64,000 nucleotides of DNA from Octopus vulgaris (taxonomy: Eukaryota): NCBI GenBank assembly GCA_951406725.2, contig OX597820.1:127596001-127660000 (forward strand). The letters run 5' to 3'. Of the stretch, positions 1 to 13,903 are shown piece after piece. Under the pieces are notes generated by a model. That model saw only the letters and a list, made by a program, of their open reading frames with translations, had not been told where the DNA came from and did no database searches. Made by a program: the position numbers and the translations under genes. How positions within the stretch are numbered: the first letter of the stretch is position 1; each line of letters opens with the position of its first letter.

Positions 1-80
1 ATATGTGTGTGTGTATGTGCGTGTATATATATATATATGTGTGTGTGTATACATACATACATACATACATACATACATAC

Positions 81-134
<54 letters not shown>

Positions 135-151
135 TATATACATATATATAA

Positions 152-382
152 GGCGGCGAGCTGGCAGAAACGTTAGCACGCCGGTCGAAATGCGTAGCCG
201 TATTTCGTCTGCCGTTACGTTCTGAGTTCAAATTCCGCCGAGGTTGACTTTGCCTTTCATCCTTTCGGGGTCGATAAATTAAGTACCAGTTACGCGCTAG
301 GGTCGATGGAATCGACTTAATCGCTTTGTCTGTCCTTGTTTGTCCCCTCTGTGTTTAGCCCCTTGTGGGTAGTAAAGAAATA
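152..382 (+). mobile_element. tRNA-derived SINE, family 1 (tail type A)
   Basis: Head GGCGGCGAGCTGGCAGAAACG, B-box-like GAGTTCAAATTCC, conserved core TTTCATCCTTTCGGGGTCGATAAATTAAGTACCAG. More than 12 related copies on both strands in the window. The core resembles the Meta-type SINE domain as I remember it. Confidence 0.85.
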
Positions 383-419
383 TATATATATATATGTGTG
401 TGTGTGTATATATATATAT

Positions 420-628
420 GCGAGCTGGGAGAAACGTTAGCAGGTCGGGCGAAATGCTTTGCGGTATTTCGTCTGTCTTTATGTTCTGAGTTTAAATTCT
501 GCCGAGGTCGACTTTGCCTTTCATCCTTTCGGGGTCGATAAATTAAGTACCAGTTGCGTACTGGGATCGATCTAACCGACTGGCCCCCTCCCTCAAAATT
601 TCGGGCCTTGTGCCTAGAGGAGAAAATA
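420..628 (+). mobile_element. SINE family 1 (tail type B)
   Basis: Same head and core as 152-382, different tail (CCCTCAAAATTTCGGGCCTTGTGCC). Confidence 0.8.
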
Positions 629-672
629 ATATATATATGTGCATATATACATACTTATATATATATATACAT

Positions 673-757
<85 letters not shown>

Positions 758-1681
758 CATATGGGTAAATGTAAGGACAAACAAGTTAATGTGTTTAATA
801 TATCTTTTGTATATCGATTTGCCTAACTTGCCTGTTCTTACATTTACTCTTCTATCTGCTCAAGTTTCAATCTTTTGAGCGCTACGAAGTGTATTCCATA
901 CACTTCTCGTGTTCTTCGTATTAATGTGCCCAGATTCTATTGAATCCTATAACTAATACCTACATACATAAATAATACATACATACATACATACATACAT
1001 ACATACATACATACATACATACATACGTACGTACGTACGTATGTATGTATGTATGTATATCATACACACGTGATCGCACGCACACGTTAGTAGTTACGTA
1101 TAAAATAAAAAGTTCTCAGAACGACAAACAGAATATGAATTATTTATTTCAGTCAGCTGAAGTGAACGTTGGTGAAGAGCTGCGATGTCTTCCTGATAAT
1201 TTCTCAATCAATAAGAGTTCGTAACAAAATAGAGACCTTTAGTAGGCGACGGATACACGCTTAGAACGCAGCACTCACTTGGAGGCGATATATATAAAAA
1301 TTTCCCTTTATTAGCTCGTATCATTATTGTGTAAACACTATATTATTATAGGTATTATTCGCAATAAATCGAGGCCTCCATAGAGTTAACACAAGGGAAG
1401 TAACTCTCAAGTACTTAACTTTGGAAGGGCGGTAATTAAAAACAGCCAAACTTCGCCAACGACCAGAAAATACCCGGTTACAGAGAATGGTGTTACAAAG
1501 AGTCACATAGAACTGACAAAGGTTGAAACATTGTTGATAGGGAGTTGCTTAGACAAATTTCTGAGTAAATAAAGGGTGCTACAGAGGTGGGATTAATATT
1601 CAAAGTCAATATACTTTTTTAAATACTGATTTTTATCCCTTTACTCTTAAATTGCTGTTTATCGCAATTTGTAAAAAATGA

Positions 1682-1713
<32 letters not shown>

Positions 1714-1733
1714 AATAATAATAATATTGAATG

Positions 1734-1767
<34 letters not shown>

Positions 1768-1830
1768 TAATAATAATAATAATAATGATAATAATAATAA
1801 TAATATTAATGATAATAATAATAATAATGA
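1682..1830. repeat. (ATG)n/(AAT)n microsatellite
   Basis: Read directly. Confidence 0.95.
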
Positions 1831-2562
1831 TACTCTGATGCAGTACCAGGCAGTGACTCACGTGGCTTCTGATCTTAACTGATTGGAAGTGTTATCCTGT
1901 ACATTGTTTTGTCTTGGTATAAAAGATGGGCTACAGCAAATATTCTGCTCAATACTACAGATTTGCTTGTCAGTTGTTTGACCTTAACAAGTTGAGCATG
2001 TCCCTTAGTGGCTGATGGTATGTGCATCTCTGATCATGAGCAGAAGTAGTGGGGGAGCATCATAGCCATGTGTTGAAAGGAATTCTTTGGGGTTTGAATA
2101 ATTCACCTCTGGAAACATGGGTGTTTCATTCAACATCCTTAAACAACCCTTATTCAGGGACCTTTTGAGCGGGATGGGTTACTCGACCAGAAGAAAATTC
2201 TAACTGTTCCCCACCTGCAAGGTCATGTGCTGTTTATCTTGATATGAGATCACCATGTCGCGCACATATGGTTGTGATGCATGTGCCTGGGGTACACATA
2301 TCAGACGGGTAGTCATGATGGGTATACCACAGACTTTTTTGTCAGTTGTTTGATCTTAACCAGATGAGAATATCCCTTAGTGGCTGATAATATGTGTATC
2401 TCTGATCTCGAGCAAGAGTAGTGGGTGAGCATCATAGCCATGTGTTGAAAGGAATTCTTTGGGGTTTGAATAACCCACAGCTGGAAACATGGGTGTTTCG
2501 TTCAAACTTTATTCAGAGACCTTTTGAGTGGGATGGGTTACTCGACCTGAAGAAAATTCTAA
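1831..2562. repeat. Unclassified repeat with internal ~230-bp direct duplication (1969-2203 vs 2341-2562)
   Basis: GTCAGTTGTTTGA(C/T)CTTAAC...GAAGAAAATTCTAA occurs twice with modest divergence. Confidence 0.7.
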
Positions 2563-2632
2563 TCGACTTGACCTCTTTCCCGACACTACTGGGTTTGTGC
2601 AAACATTTGAAACCGATATTTCAGGACGCTAC

Positions 2633-2852
2633 AAGGTGACGTTCTGGCAGAATTGTTATTGCGCCAGGAAAAATGCTTAGTGGCATTTCTTCCGACTTAA
2701 CGTTTTGAGTTCAAATGCTGCCGAGGTCGATTTTGCTTTTCGTCCTTTCGGGAGCAATAAAATAAGTACCAGTTGAGTACTGAGGTCGATGTAATTGACT
2801 TACGCACTACCCGAAATTGCTGGCTTTGTGCCAAAATTTGAAACCATTATTT
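2633..2852 (+). mobile_element. SINE family 1, diverged
   Basis: GAGTTCAAATGC...CCTTTCGGGAGCAATAAAATAAGTACCAG core. Confidence 0.75.
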
Positions 2853-2929
2853 CAGGACGCTATCAATCGCGGCCCATGATAAACTACTTTGATGATCGAT
2901 GCTACTATCATCACGGATAGTCTTTGGCT

Positions 2930-3620
2930 CACATAGGCTCATCTTTTCATCTGATGATACGTTGCGGTAGAGTCATGTGACTTCTTTAGGCATGTATTCT
3001 TGGCTATCGGACAAAATGTGTTGCTCAAAGAGCTGCCTTCCAAGTCTTATGATGTTATCAGCCTCATGTATGCAAACTTTATCAATGGATGCGCTTCGAC
3101 ACTTAGTGGTTAAAAGATGTTGCCGAAGGGATGTGATGTGACATTCAAAGACATTTTGAATCGATGTTAAGCTTCTTCGGCCTTGTTTTCGTTTTAGGTA
3201 GAGGCGGTCTACATCACTGTTTATGTGGAAATTATGTGTACTTATTAGTATTTTCCGGGTTTTCACATGAATGGCTCGGGTCACATCAAGCGGCCAATAA
3301 GCAGCCCAAATGTTGGTATGAGTACTTGCACTGCAAACACTCAGTGGGACATTGTTTTATTGAATGCAGAGAGTTCTGAGGTCCAAAGTTTCTTTATTCG
3401 GTTGTAATATTCTTTAGTGCCACTGTAAGATATATTTTCATCCACCCCTAGATAGCTGTAACATTCCTCATCAGATGCAGGAGGAACAGTCAAATCATTA
3501 ATGAAGACGTTACTAGTCTGATTTATAGTTTTCCCCTTTTCACAACCAGAATTTATCCTGACCAAACTCCAATACTGCATCCTTTGAGAATGTTGTCAAG
3601 GCTGTTTTTCATCTCATGCA
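2930..3620 (-). pseudogene. R4/Dong-like non-LTR RT C-terminal remnant
   Basis: Broken frames give YSYLGVDENI...KEYYNRIKKLWTSELSAFNK and SDVDRLYLKRKQGRRSL, homologous to SDIERLYIQRIEGGRGL at 41640-41924. Confidence 0.7.
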
Positions 3621-3639
3621 TATTCTTTTCATAAAGTCA

Positions 3640-3874
3640 TTATGCATGACTTAGTGTCAGCATCATGATTAAAAGATTGTGGTTTCGATTCCTGGACCTG
3701 GCGACGCGTTGTGTTCTTGAGCAAAACACTTCATTTCACGTTGCTCCAGTCCATTCAGCTGGCAAAAATGAGTAACACTGCGATGGACTGGCGTCCCGTC
3801 CAGCTGGGGAACACATACGCCATAGAAACCGGGAAACTGGATCCATGAACCTGGATAGGCTTTAAAAAGGGCGC

Positions 3875-3875
<1 letters not shown>
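3640..3875 (+). mobile_element. tRNA-derived SINE, family 3 (V-domain-like)
   Basis: GGTTTCGATTCC B-box; GCGATGGACTGGCGTCCCGTCCAG motif and GAAACCGGGAAAC tail shared with 32553-32864; 5' part shared with 16141-16460. Confidence 0.7.
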
Positions 3876-3943
<68 letters not shown>

Positions 3944-3945
<2 letters not shown>

Positions 3946-4262
3946 CCAGCTTAAAAGCCGCTGCATCGGACGGTTTTTAAGCTAGTATAAAGCTTTTAAG
4001 TAACTGACCCCAAATGGGAAGATCTGCAAACAGAACTCTGACTTGTTTTGGAGAATTTGTTGCAATTGTTTTCCCCAGAGTCATATCCCAAAACAATCGC
4101 AGTAATGAAAACATAGGAATCCAAAATTTCAGGATTGCAGGTCCGGATTCGGTCCGGAATGTTTTTAATTTACTCACGGAGTCAGCCTGATTCCCAAATG
4201 GTATGGCCTCTAGGTGTAAAGATAAAAAAGTGTGACACACTGACATTCAAATTTATTATATT
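3944..4262 (-). mobile_element. Probable non-autonomous Helitron-like element
   Basis: Imperfect palindrome ACCAGCTTAAAAGCCG...CGGTTTTTAAGCTAGT beside (TA)n, like a Helitron 3' hairpin/CTRR end. Confidence 0.4.
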
Positions 4263-4829
4263 ATCAATAATATTAATACGCTAACTTTTTGTTTTTGTAC
4301 GTACCTGTTGTGTGCATCACACTTACTTCAAAGAAGTAGCAAGGAAAAGAGAGAGAGAGGAGGACAGAGAGGAAGTAAGAGAGGGAGAGAGAAATGGAGA
4401 GTGAGAGAGAAAGAGAGAGAGAGATAGTGAAAGAGATAGTGGGTGGTGACGGCTTTCGTTTTGCGTTTTTAAATGTTTCAGAGAGGACGTAAAAGAGAAA
4501 GAAAGAGAGTGAAAGAGAGAGAGAGAAAAAGTGAGAGAGAAAGAGAGAGTGAGAGAGAAAGAGAGGGAGAGAGAGAGAGTGAGAGAGAAAGAGACAGTGA
4601 GTGGTGATGGCATTCGTGTTGTGTTTTTAAATGTTTATCACATCGCAAGAGAAGTAGATACATAGATACATATACACATCGTTAAATCAAAAGCGGGAGA
4701 GAAGAGGGACACAAAGGAAGTGAAAGAGAAAAAGAGTAAGTGAGTGTGACAGTAGATACATAAATCCAAAGAAAGGTTCATACATAGATGCATATACGCA
4801 GCAAATATTGGATGTCGGTTTCACTTTTC

Positions 4830-5310
4830 ATTACCACACGAGGATAAAATTAACTCACAAATTACTGAGTACTCCACAGACATGCATGAAACCCATCAAC
4901 GCAAACACCCTGCACCTCCACAGTGGCATTGACCCCGCTGATATCAAACTAGAAGTGGCCAGTCAAGTCGCGACGACAAAAGTGATAAACGCTACCTCTT
5001 CCATAATTTCCAGCTCCCGGCCCAGCGACTAAAAATAACGAGGGTGCTTCCTCATCCATGTCCATCCCCTTGTGTGTTCGTCACATTCCATATAGCATAT
5101 ACACAAATGACCAGCCAATGAACTAGAAAATTTAGAGGTTCATCTACGCTGATGACCTTCGTGTAACAGCCCAACTGACTATGTTTAAAGTAGTGGAAAC
5201 AAAATTCATTTCAGATCTAGATGAACTTCTATATTACAAACACAATCTCACATATGCCAACCCTGCAAAGACTGAAGGCCCTCGTTCCATCCTAGGAACG
5301 GTTAATCGAG
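4830..5310 (+). pseudogene. Non-LTR retrotransposon RT fragments (ingi/Vingi-like, rearranged)
   Basis: TTCATCTACGCTGATGACCTT = FIYADDL at ~5140, followed by ANPAKT; upstream CMKP..LHLHSGIDPADI resembles the post-RT region. Confidence 0.5.
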
Positions 5311-5399
5311 AAGGCAACCGACCTCTTAATAAAAAGTAACAATTATAAACACAGTATCTCCTGATATTTTTTGTTAAGCTTCTGAAATTTGATCACTTG

Positions 5400-5975
5400 G
5401 CGGGAAATACAACTCAGTTACCTTCTTATGTTGGATACTCTCCATCTGTTGAAATATCGACGAGTTTCACTACTCATTGTGAACAAATGGCATTCAGTTA
5501 CTTCAAGTATGAAAATATTATGAACGACAGTTTGAAGACGAGAGTTCATAATAACTGTCGTTTTCATAGTCTTAAGTAGGAAAACAAGGAAGTTATTTAA
5601 TGTTATTGAAGAACAAAAGATTAAAGATAAATCCAATGCTATCTCTTTCCATTACGTTGTCAACCAGCATTATCTTGAATAGGTCTGGTAATCTGTGAGT
5701 GCTTACTGTTACTTTTCTTAAACAAAAAAATATGCTGACTATGTTGAAAGGTTGAATATATTTCTTGCCGAAAGGAACATATTGCCGAGAAATTACAGTC
5801 ACTTTTCCTATTATTAATAAGGCAATAAATACATTGCCTGATATCGAAATAAAAGACTACGGACTAGAAGAGTAGAAAGGTGAAATACAAGAAATGTGGG
5901 AAAATGTCCTAACCAAGTTTGATGACTTCCAAAAACTGAAGCTTAACTTAGCACTTCTTGTGAGTCCTTTCATGA
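5400..5975 (+). pseudogene. Possible hAT (Charlie/Buster-like) transposase remnant
   Basis: Short peptides such as KFDDFQKLKLNLALLVSPF; heavily decayed. Confidence 0.3.
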
Positions 5976-6251
5976 TTGATAATAGCCGATGATGTCAGAC
6001 AGAGAGGAACATGTCGATTAGGGCGATGACATGTCTTTCACTTGAAATGCATACACACACACACACACACAGACACACACACACACATACACACGCACGC
6101 ACGCACACACACACATATACAGATGCGCGCGCGTCTGTGTAAAATATGATATACTTACAAACGCACATATGCATGTATGCATGTATGTACGTACGTACGT
6201 ATGTATGTATGTATGTATGTATGTATGTATGTATGTATGTATGTATGTATG

Positions 6252-6293
<42 letters not shown>

Positions 6294-6471
6294 TATGCAT
6301 GCATATACACAAATAGATATTCACTGATTCTGGGGGAAGGGACAGACCGTATATGATTGTTTCAGGCCCTTCTAGACCCGTGAGGCTGATGTTAATGTTC
6401 AGTTTATATTGAAGCAGGTCAACACCTGCAGGACAATATGACCGGGTCGGAGGTACGGTGGGGAAGAATAC

Positions 6472-6504
<33 letters not shown>

Positions 6505-6516
<12 letters not shown>

Positions 6517-6725
6517 TTATATATGTACACATACGCATACACGCACACACACACACACATGCATTATATATGTACACATACGCATACACGCACACTCACA
6601 TACACACACACACACACACACACATGCATTATATATGTACACATACGCATACACGCACACTCACACACACACACACACACACACACACATGCATTATATA
6701 TGTACACATACGCATACACGCCCAC
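6505..6725. repeat. Compound minisatellite, 4 units of GCATTATATATGTACACATACGCATACACG-(CA)n
   Basis: Unit core recurs at ~6514, 6561, 6626 and 6691. Confidence 0.9.
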
Positions 6726-7265
6726 TCACCTATAAATACACACACAACTGTTGAGATATTCAATATCTCGTCTTAAGATTCTGGCAGAGAAACTCTGCTA
6801 ATTTTTCTTTGCCAGGAAATCTGCGACCAATTCAGTTCCGGTATTGAAAGGGATCCTAAAGCGCAGTCTCCAGTAAAACAACTGGGCTAATAATCCATAG
6901 AAAGTACCTAAGTTCTCAGAAAACTCATAATACTTTTAATCGTGCTTGGAAGATTTTGATTTGCTTTCTATTATGAGTTCTTCTCAACTGCTGTTGAGAA
7001 TTTATGAAATACTAATGATGTTTCTGTTGTGAATAACGGAATAAAACACTCTAGTAATAATGATGCTGTTGTTATGAATCTATGTAATCGAAAACTGTTC
7101 ACTTTTTATCACCATCTCTAAAAGGGACCTTTGAAAAAGCTGTCTGCCACTTCAGTAAAATAATCTGAAGACATGATAAGACAGAGAGGCACAGGGAAGA
7201 GTTGATAAGCAATTTTAGCTCAACATGCTGAAAATAGTAGCTAAATCCCTCACAGTCACACACTA

Positions 7266-7266
<1 letters not shown>

Positions 7267-7354
<88 letters not shown>

Positions 7355-7516
7355 ATCTGTCTGTCTGTCTGTCTGTCTGTATGTATGTTTGTATGTATGT
7401 GTCTGTATGTGTGTCTGTGTTTCTGTGAGTGTGTGTATATGTCTATTTGTCTGTCTGTCTATCTACCTATAAGTCTGTCTGTCTGTCTGTCTGTCCGTCT
7501 GTTCGTCCATCCGTCG

Positions 7517-7563
<47 letters not shown>

Positions 7564-7780
7564 GTCTGTCTGTCTGTCTGTCGTTATGCATGTATGTATG
7601 TATGTAAGTATGTATGTTTGTATGTATGTGTCTGTATGTGTGTCTGTGTTTCTGTGAGTGTGTGTGTCTATTTGTCTGTCTGTCTGTCTATCTACCTATA
7701 AGTCTGTCTGTCTGTCTGTATGTATGTATGTATGTATGTAAGTATGTATGTATGCATGTCTGTGTGTCTGTCTGTCTACA
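7267..7780. repeat. Compound (TATC)/(TGTC)/(TATG) microsatellite with a ~230-bp block duplication
   Basis: GTGTCTGTGTTTCTGTGAGTG...CTACCTATAAGTCTG occurs twice. Confidence 0.85.
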
Positions 7781-7919
7781 ACGAACGATAGGATTCTGTT
7801 TTGGGTGTCGATGTGCTGGTTGGTGCTACAGCTATCTTCCTGAAGATGACTTTTAGTCCGTAGCATCTGGCAGCATTTTCTAAACAGTTAACCAAGACTG
7901 CATCACGTTAAACCGTTAA

Positions 7920-8209
7920 TCCTTTTTGAACACTTTGCGTAGACCTCTGAGCAGGTATCGCCAAGCTTTTGGCAAAATTTGATGCAGATTCTCTGCTCAA
8001 CTTTCTCTGTTATGGTTAATGCGATGATCATGCGCTACACACGTTACTTCCAAGCACTACTGTAAATAGCGGAAGTAAGCTAGAACTTTAAAACTTAGTA
8101 TTCATGCACAACAGAGATCAAGGTCAACCTGTGCCAAGCGGCTTCATTTCGCGTGCTTTAGCTTCGTTACTATGGCAACAGTCCGGATACTTATTGATCA
8201 GACCACGTA
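7920..8209 (-). mobile_element. Tc1/mariner 5' end remnant (TIR + transposase N-terminus)
   Basis: Minus strand begins TA-CGTGGTCTGATCAATAAGTATCCGGAC (mariner-type TIR) and encodes TEKVEQRICIKFCQKLGDTCSEVY. Confidence 0.75.
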
Positions 8210-8312
8210 TATGCCAACACATGAAACGAATAACTCTGTTGCTTCTGCTAAATATAAAAAAAAATAATAAATATATTCATATTTTGAGTTCTATTTTTCC
8301 TGTTTGCACCAC

Positions 8313-8450
<138 letters not shown>

Positions 8451-8459
8451 TCTATATCT

Positions 8460-8539
<80 letters not shown>

Positions 8540-8651
8540 TCAAAATGAGGGTAAAAAATTGGATATTAATTTGATACCATCAATTTTAACACCAGTGATC
8601 TAGCATATAAAAAAACTGAGATTCAGTAAGTAGTATTTCATACATAAATAT

Positions 8652-9048
8652 AAGAGGGAATTTTTTAACCCCTATGTGGAAACCCTTATGCTAGAAGAAG
8701 ATCCTCTATGGTCTCAACCACTAAGAATTCTTCTCCAGAAAATTTAGCACACCAGAAACGTAAGCGAGCAAGACAAATGAAAGGTAACAAAAATATAGAT
8801 TAATCACAAACAATTGTTTCATTATCAATAAATTACGTAATTTTACTTACACAATTTATCTGTAGATCGTCAGTGTGATCCTCTTTGCAAGATATAATTT
8901 GTAGAACTACACACCAGATATCAACACGAGATCGAAAATGTATGTAGTTCCACCTATTATATTTTCTGGAGAACAATTCTTAGTGGTTGAGACCATATCG
9001 GATCTTCTTCTAGCATAAGGGTTTCCACATAGTGGTTAAAATTTCCCT

Positions 9049-9051
<3 letters not shown>
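8652..9051. repeat. ~92-bp inverted repeat (8652-8743 / 8961-9051) inside a (TA)n-flanked insert
   Basis: Arms are reverse complements with a few mismatches. Confidence 0.85.
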
Positions 9052-9096
<45 letters not shown>

Positions 9097-9129
9097 GCAC
9101 ACACATATGATGAAATCTCCCATTCAAGA

Positions 9130-9358
9130 TGTCATATGAGTGTTCAGTCCTTTCTGCAGGACCTGCACCACCTTCCCTTAAATTGACCTTACCTGTGTAG
9201 GTGCAAAAGTGTTCCATACGTCAGATGTCCAAATCATCGCAGGGCAACTTGAAATGAAGTATTTTACGCAAAAACTCAACGTGCTGCTCAGTCCGGGAAT
9301 CGAACCTACGACCTAGCGATTGCGAGGGTAATTTCGTTATGACTAGGCTATGCACTTT
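9130..9358 (-). mobile_element. tRNA-derived SINE, diverged
   Basis: Minus strand TAGCCTAGTC...GGTTCGATTCCCGG (A/B-box-like). Confidence 0.6.
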
Positions 9359-9599
9359 CATGTATGTATGTATGTATGTATGTATGTATGTATGTATGTA
9401 TGTATGTATGTATGTATGTATGTATGTATGTATGTATGTTTGTATGTATGTATGTATGTATGTATGTTTGTATATATGTATATTTGTATGTATGTATGTA
9501 TGTTTGTATGTATGTATGTATGAATGTATATATGTATGCATGTATGCACACACGCACACATGCATGCACGCATACACACACATGCACGCACATACACAT

Positions 9600-9777
9600 A
9601 TGTATACGATGGGCTTCTTTCAGTTTCTGTCTACCAAATTCGCCCACAAGATTTTGGTGGACCCGAAGCAATAGTAGAAGACACCTTACCCAAGGTGCCC
9701 TGCAGTGAGACTGAACCCGGGACCACGTGGCTGGGAAGCAAACGTCTTACGACATAGGTGCACATGCGCATGCGCCT
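9600..9777 (-). mobile_element. SINE family 2, 5' half
   Basis: Reverse complement of the head and core of 24122-24520. Confidence 0.75.
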
Positions 9778-10212
9778 ATGAAATTTCCTTCCTTTTCGCT
9801 CAACCTATTCAGTTTCTCCTGCCCAACCTCCACACTTGCAAAGAGCGATTGCCTCGATCTAAGAAAAGGATTTTACAGTTGGCTCTTCTTATTGCTAATT
9901 GCTTACATAGAAAACAAAATAGGAATTGGTTTTTGTTTGTTTTTGTTCTGTTGCTTCTTTGTTCCCTTTGTTTTTGTTTTCTAGAAGTTAGACGAACTCT
10001 GATAAACAATAGATAAGATACCGAGCCGTTGAAGGGTTACAAACATCATCAGACGTATTTCGACATAATCTTTGTGTTTTGATATAATTTTTCCTGGTAT
10101 AAATAATATGTAATTTATCTTATCAATAGAAAATTCTGAGCATCTTTTTTTAGGTATTTACTTATATTCTATAAATTCCTTTTTAGTTTATGTATATATA
10201 ATACAATACAAT

Positions 10213-10267
<55 letters not shown>

Positions 10268-10628
10268 ATCTTTCCTGAGTGAATTAGTGAATTACTTCAC
10301 TGCGATTGATAAACACACCAAATGTTCTTTCTCTGATCGAATCAAACTAAAACATTACATTTTCCAGATAACTTTTGTTATTAATTTACTATTGATAGTC
10401 ACAGACTGGACTAATAATATAATTGCAAAGAGTTTCTTCCTTTCTCCACTTATTTTCTTTTTGTTTTATATTATCTGATTTCATTTCGTTTCATTTTATT
10501 TTATTTTATTTATTTAGTTATTGAAAACAAGGAATACTATAAATCAAATGTGAACATTTATGCGAATATTTATGGCACAAACTTTTCCTAAAAGATAAAT
10601 GAATTTTCTGTAAGTGTTATGTGTGTGT

Positions 10629-10680
<52 letters not shown>

Positions 10681-11327
10681 GTGTATTGTACTGAAAACAC
10701 AACTATGTTCTACTTTTGTCTTTTTATTCTAGTTTATTTTTTTAATCATAAAAACTATTGTCCAATATATATATAAATTTCTTCTTCTCTTCTTCTTCTT
10801 CTTCTTCTTCTTCTTCTTCTTCTTCTTCTTCTTCTTCTTCTTCTTCTTCTTCTTCCTCCTCCTCCTCCTCCTCCTCCTCCTCCACCTCGCGTTTACTCAA
10901 TGGCGAGGGTCATAAAAAGAGTACCCGAACAACCAGGCAAAATAAATATCACACTCTGTTTTTGTTTGAAGTGTTGGTTTATCAGAAATCCTCTCCTCGC
11001 ATTCGACAGAATTCAACATAGTTTTTACCCACCAAATTTCATTCAAGAGGCATTAATCAACTCAAGGATGCAACTATTTGCGTTATCTATTATCTGTAAT
11101 ACCCGCTCTAACTACATCCTTACTTCGTCTCGGTCTTAATTCCAAGCATTGGTGGGCTCGCATCTAACCATACATCTGTCAGGGTGTTCTCCAGTTTATT
11201 TTTCGCAGGCATATAGAAAGCTCTTTCAATTAAAAAAAAGAAAATAATTCTCTCTTGTATGAATTCCCTTAGTAACGAGGGATTCATTTTTGCGACATAC
11301 TTCTTCATTGTGTTTTTCTTTGTAAAA

Positions 11328-11750
11328 AGGAGTAGGAGTGGCTGTGTGTTAAGTAGCTTACTTACGAACCACATGGTTCCGGGTTCAGTCCCACTGCATG
11401 GCACCTTGGGCAAGTGTTTTCTACTATAGGCTCGTGCTGACCAAAGCCTTGTGAGTGGATACGGTTGACGGAAACTGAAAGAAGCCCATCGTATATATAT
11501 ATATGTGTGTGTATGTGTGTGTGTGCGTGTGTGTGTGTGTGTTTATATGTCTGTGTTTGTCCCCCCCCCAACATCCTTTGACAACCGATGCTGGTGTGTT
11601 TATGTCACCGTAACTTAGCAGTTCGGCAAAAGAGACCAATAAAATAAGTACTAGGCTTACAAAGAATAAGTCCTGGAGTCAATTTGCTCGATCGACTAAA
11701 GGCGGTGCTCCAGCATGGCCACAGTCAAATGACTGAAACAAGTAAAAGAG
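11328..11750 (+). mobile_element. tRNA-derived SINE family 2 with internal (TG)n
   Basis: GGGTTCAGTCCC B-box, GGCACCTTGGGCAAGTG core, tail GCAGTCAAATGACTGAAACAAGTAAAAGAG; close to 24122-24520. Confidence 0.85.
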
Positions 11751-12284
11751 TATCAGTGGCAGAAGCAGTATTAATACCGAGAGATAATATCTAGTCCCAC
11801 TTAAACGTGGATGTTCTGTTAGAACAAACTATACTGTGGTAGATACCCTGAGAGAAACTCTCATATTGGCTTTTGGTACAAAATACACTCTTGTTTATAT
11901 CGCTAGCGGCGAGATAAACCTCCAGAATCTCCAGTGCTGATACCACCAGATCACGTGATTTCGACCGTCCTTGGTCTCCTCAAGAGACTCATCTCCCGAC
12001 CAGCGATACATATTCTTTGTTTGGAGATGACCGATATCTAAAATGTCCTCTTGATTTGCAATGCAAGCAAATGATAACTTGATATTGTTTTTATCTATGC
12101 ATTCGTTAATGTATATTTGCCCTTTCACTTGTCTAATTGTGAATATATATGTATTTACAGCTGTTTGTTTTATTATCATTTGTCTAATCGTTTTTAATAA
12201 TCATTTTGTATTAAAAAAATGGAGAAGGGTGATACGTATTCGTTGTTACCGTCGTCGAGGTAATAAACTCGTAATGTTTTCTTA

Positions 12285-12434
12285 AACATTCTCTAGAAAA
12301 ATACTACGTACAAAACCAAATATATGACACCCTAGGCATAACACCAGCATGAACTTCTAAATTGTTGTCTCTTGAGGTCTCTGGGTGAGACATGGAGCCA
12401 ACTTGGACAAATACAAAGCAAAAGTCAAGCATAC
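12285..12434 (+). mobile_element. Probable 3' UTR of an R4/Dong-like LINE ending in (AAT)n
   Basis: TGAGGTCTCTGGGTGAGAC resembles TGAGGTCCTTGTTGTGAC in the 3' UTR at ~43790; followed directly by (AAT)n. Confidence 0.4.
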
Positions 12435-12513
<79 letters not shown>

Positions 12514-12522
12514 TTAATAATA

Positions 12523-13172
12523 GCTTCAAATTTTGCCACAAGGGCAGCAATTTTGTGGGTGGGGATGTGTTGATTACATCGATCCCGAAAGGATGAAAGG
12601 TAAAGTCGACCTCGGCGGAATTTGAACTCAGAATGTAGCGACGGGCGAAATACCGCTAAGCATTTTGTCTGGCTTGCTGATGATTCTGCCAGCTCTCCTC
12701 CTTAATAAGAAGAATAAGAATAAGAATAAGAATATTCCTTTCTACTACAAGCATAAGGCCTGAAACTTTTGGGGAGGGGGCTAGACGATAACATTGACCC
12801 CAGTACGTAACTGGTACTTATTTCATCAACCGCGAAAGGACGAATGGTAAAGCTGACCTCGACGGAATTTGAACGTAGCGACAGACGAAATGCCGCTAAG
12901 CATCTTCCCCGGCATATTAACAACCGCAACAACGACGACAACAATAACAACAACAATAATGGTTTTCAATTAAGGCATAAAGAAATATTTTGAAGAATAT
13001 TTAGTCGATGCCATCGACCTTAGTACCTGGCAAGTACTTTATTTTTTCGACCGGTGAGGAATGAAAGGTAAAGTTGATTTCCGTGAAATTTGAACTCAAA
13101 ATGTACAGAATCGGAAGAAATGCTGTAATTTGATTTGTCTTCCGCTCTAACAATTCTGTCAATCTCCAACCC
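12523..13172 (-). mobile_element. Cluster of three SINE family 1 copies
   Basis: Reverse-complement cores (GATGAAAGG..AAAGTCGACCTCGGCGGAATTTGAACTC) at ~12590, ~12840 and ~13060. Confidence 0.75.
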
Positions 13173-13869
13173 TAAAAAATGGAAAGCATTGGAGCAAGGC
13201 CTGAACTATTTCGGTGGCTAAGTGATTACATCAACCCTAATACTTGATTGCTACCCGCATTTTCTAATACGTAAATTCTAGAAGTATGCATGTAGAAACA
13301 TATGTAAGTCGAAACCATCTAATATCTTTCCGCCCTCCCCCCACTAACGCTCTTCCTTTTAATAATGTCGCAAAAATAAATAGATAAATAAACAAATAAA
13401 GAAAAGCAAGAAAAAAGAAATGCATTTCAAATAACTGATGAAATTTCCTTGCATGAAGGATTCACTGGTTTTTACCTTAAAGGTTTATTCTCTTTATATT
13501 GGTTCCAGTTTGAGTTTACAAGCTAAGATAAACCAATCTGTTTGGGTCGTAGTTTAAATATATTCATAGTTTTCCTGTTGATATTGCTCATGTTGCAATG
13601 GTTTCTGTTTTAAGGCAAATCGATTTCGCCATCTTTTTTTTTTTTTCCATTTTGATTTCATTCACATTTCTTTCTTTCTGAATACATAAATTAAAAATTT
13701 CTTCTATTTATTCTTTTTAAGAAGTATTTCTCTTTTTTCCTCTCTCTCTCTCCTTCAGTGTATATGCTCGCATTTATTTATATGTTTATGTACACACGCA
13801 TGCATGCACATGGGTAATAAATATTTACATCGATATAACGTTTGATATGAATATAAATGCTTGTGTAGG

Positions 13870-13903
<34 letters not shown>

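Noticed and set aside
6505-6725. CRISPR-like repeat-spacer array
   Set aside because: The spacers are only (CA)n; eukaryotic context; no cas genes.
11900-12060. Possible Penelope RT fragment (RYIFFVWR)
   Set aside because: A single short motif lacking the catalytic DD; insufficient support.
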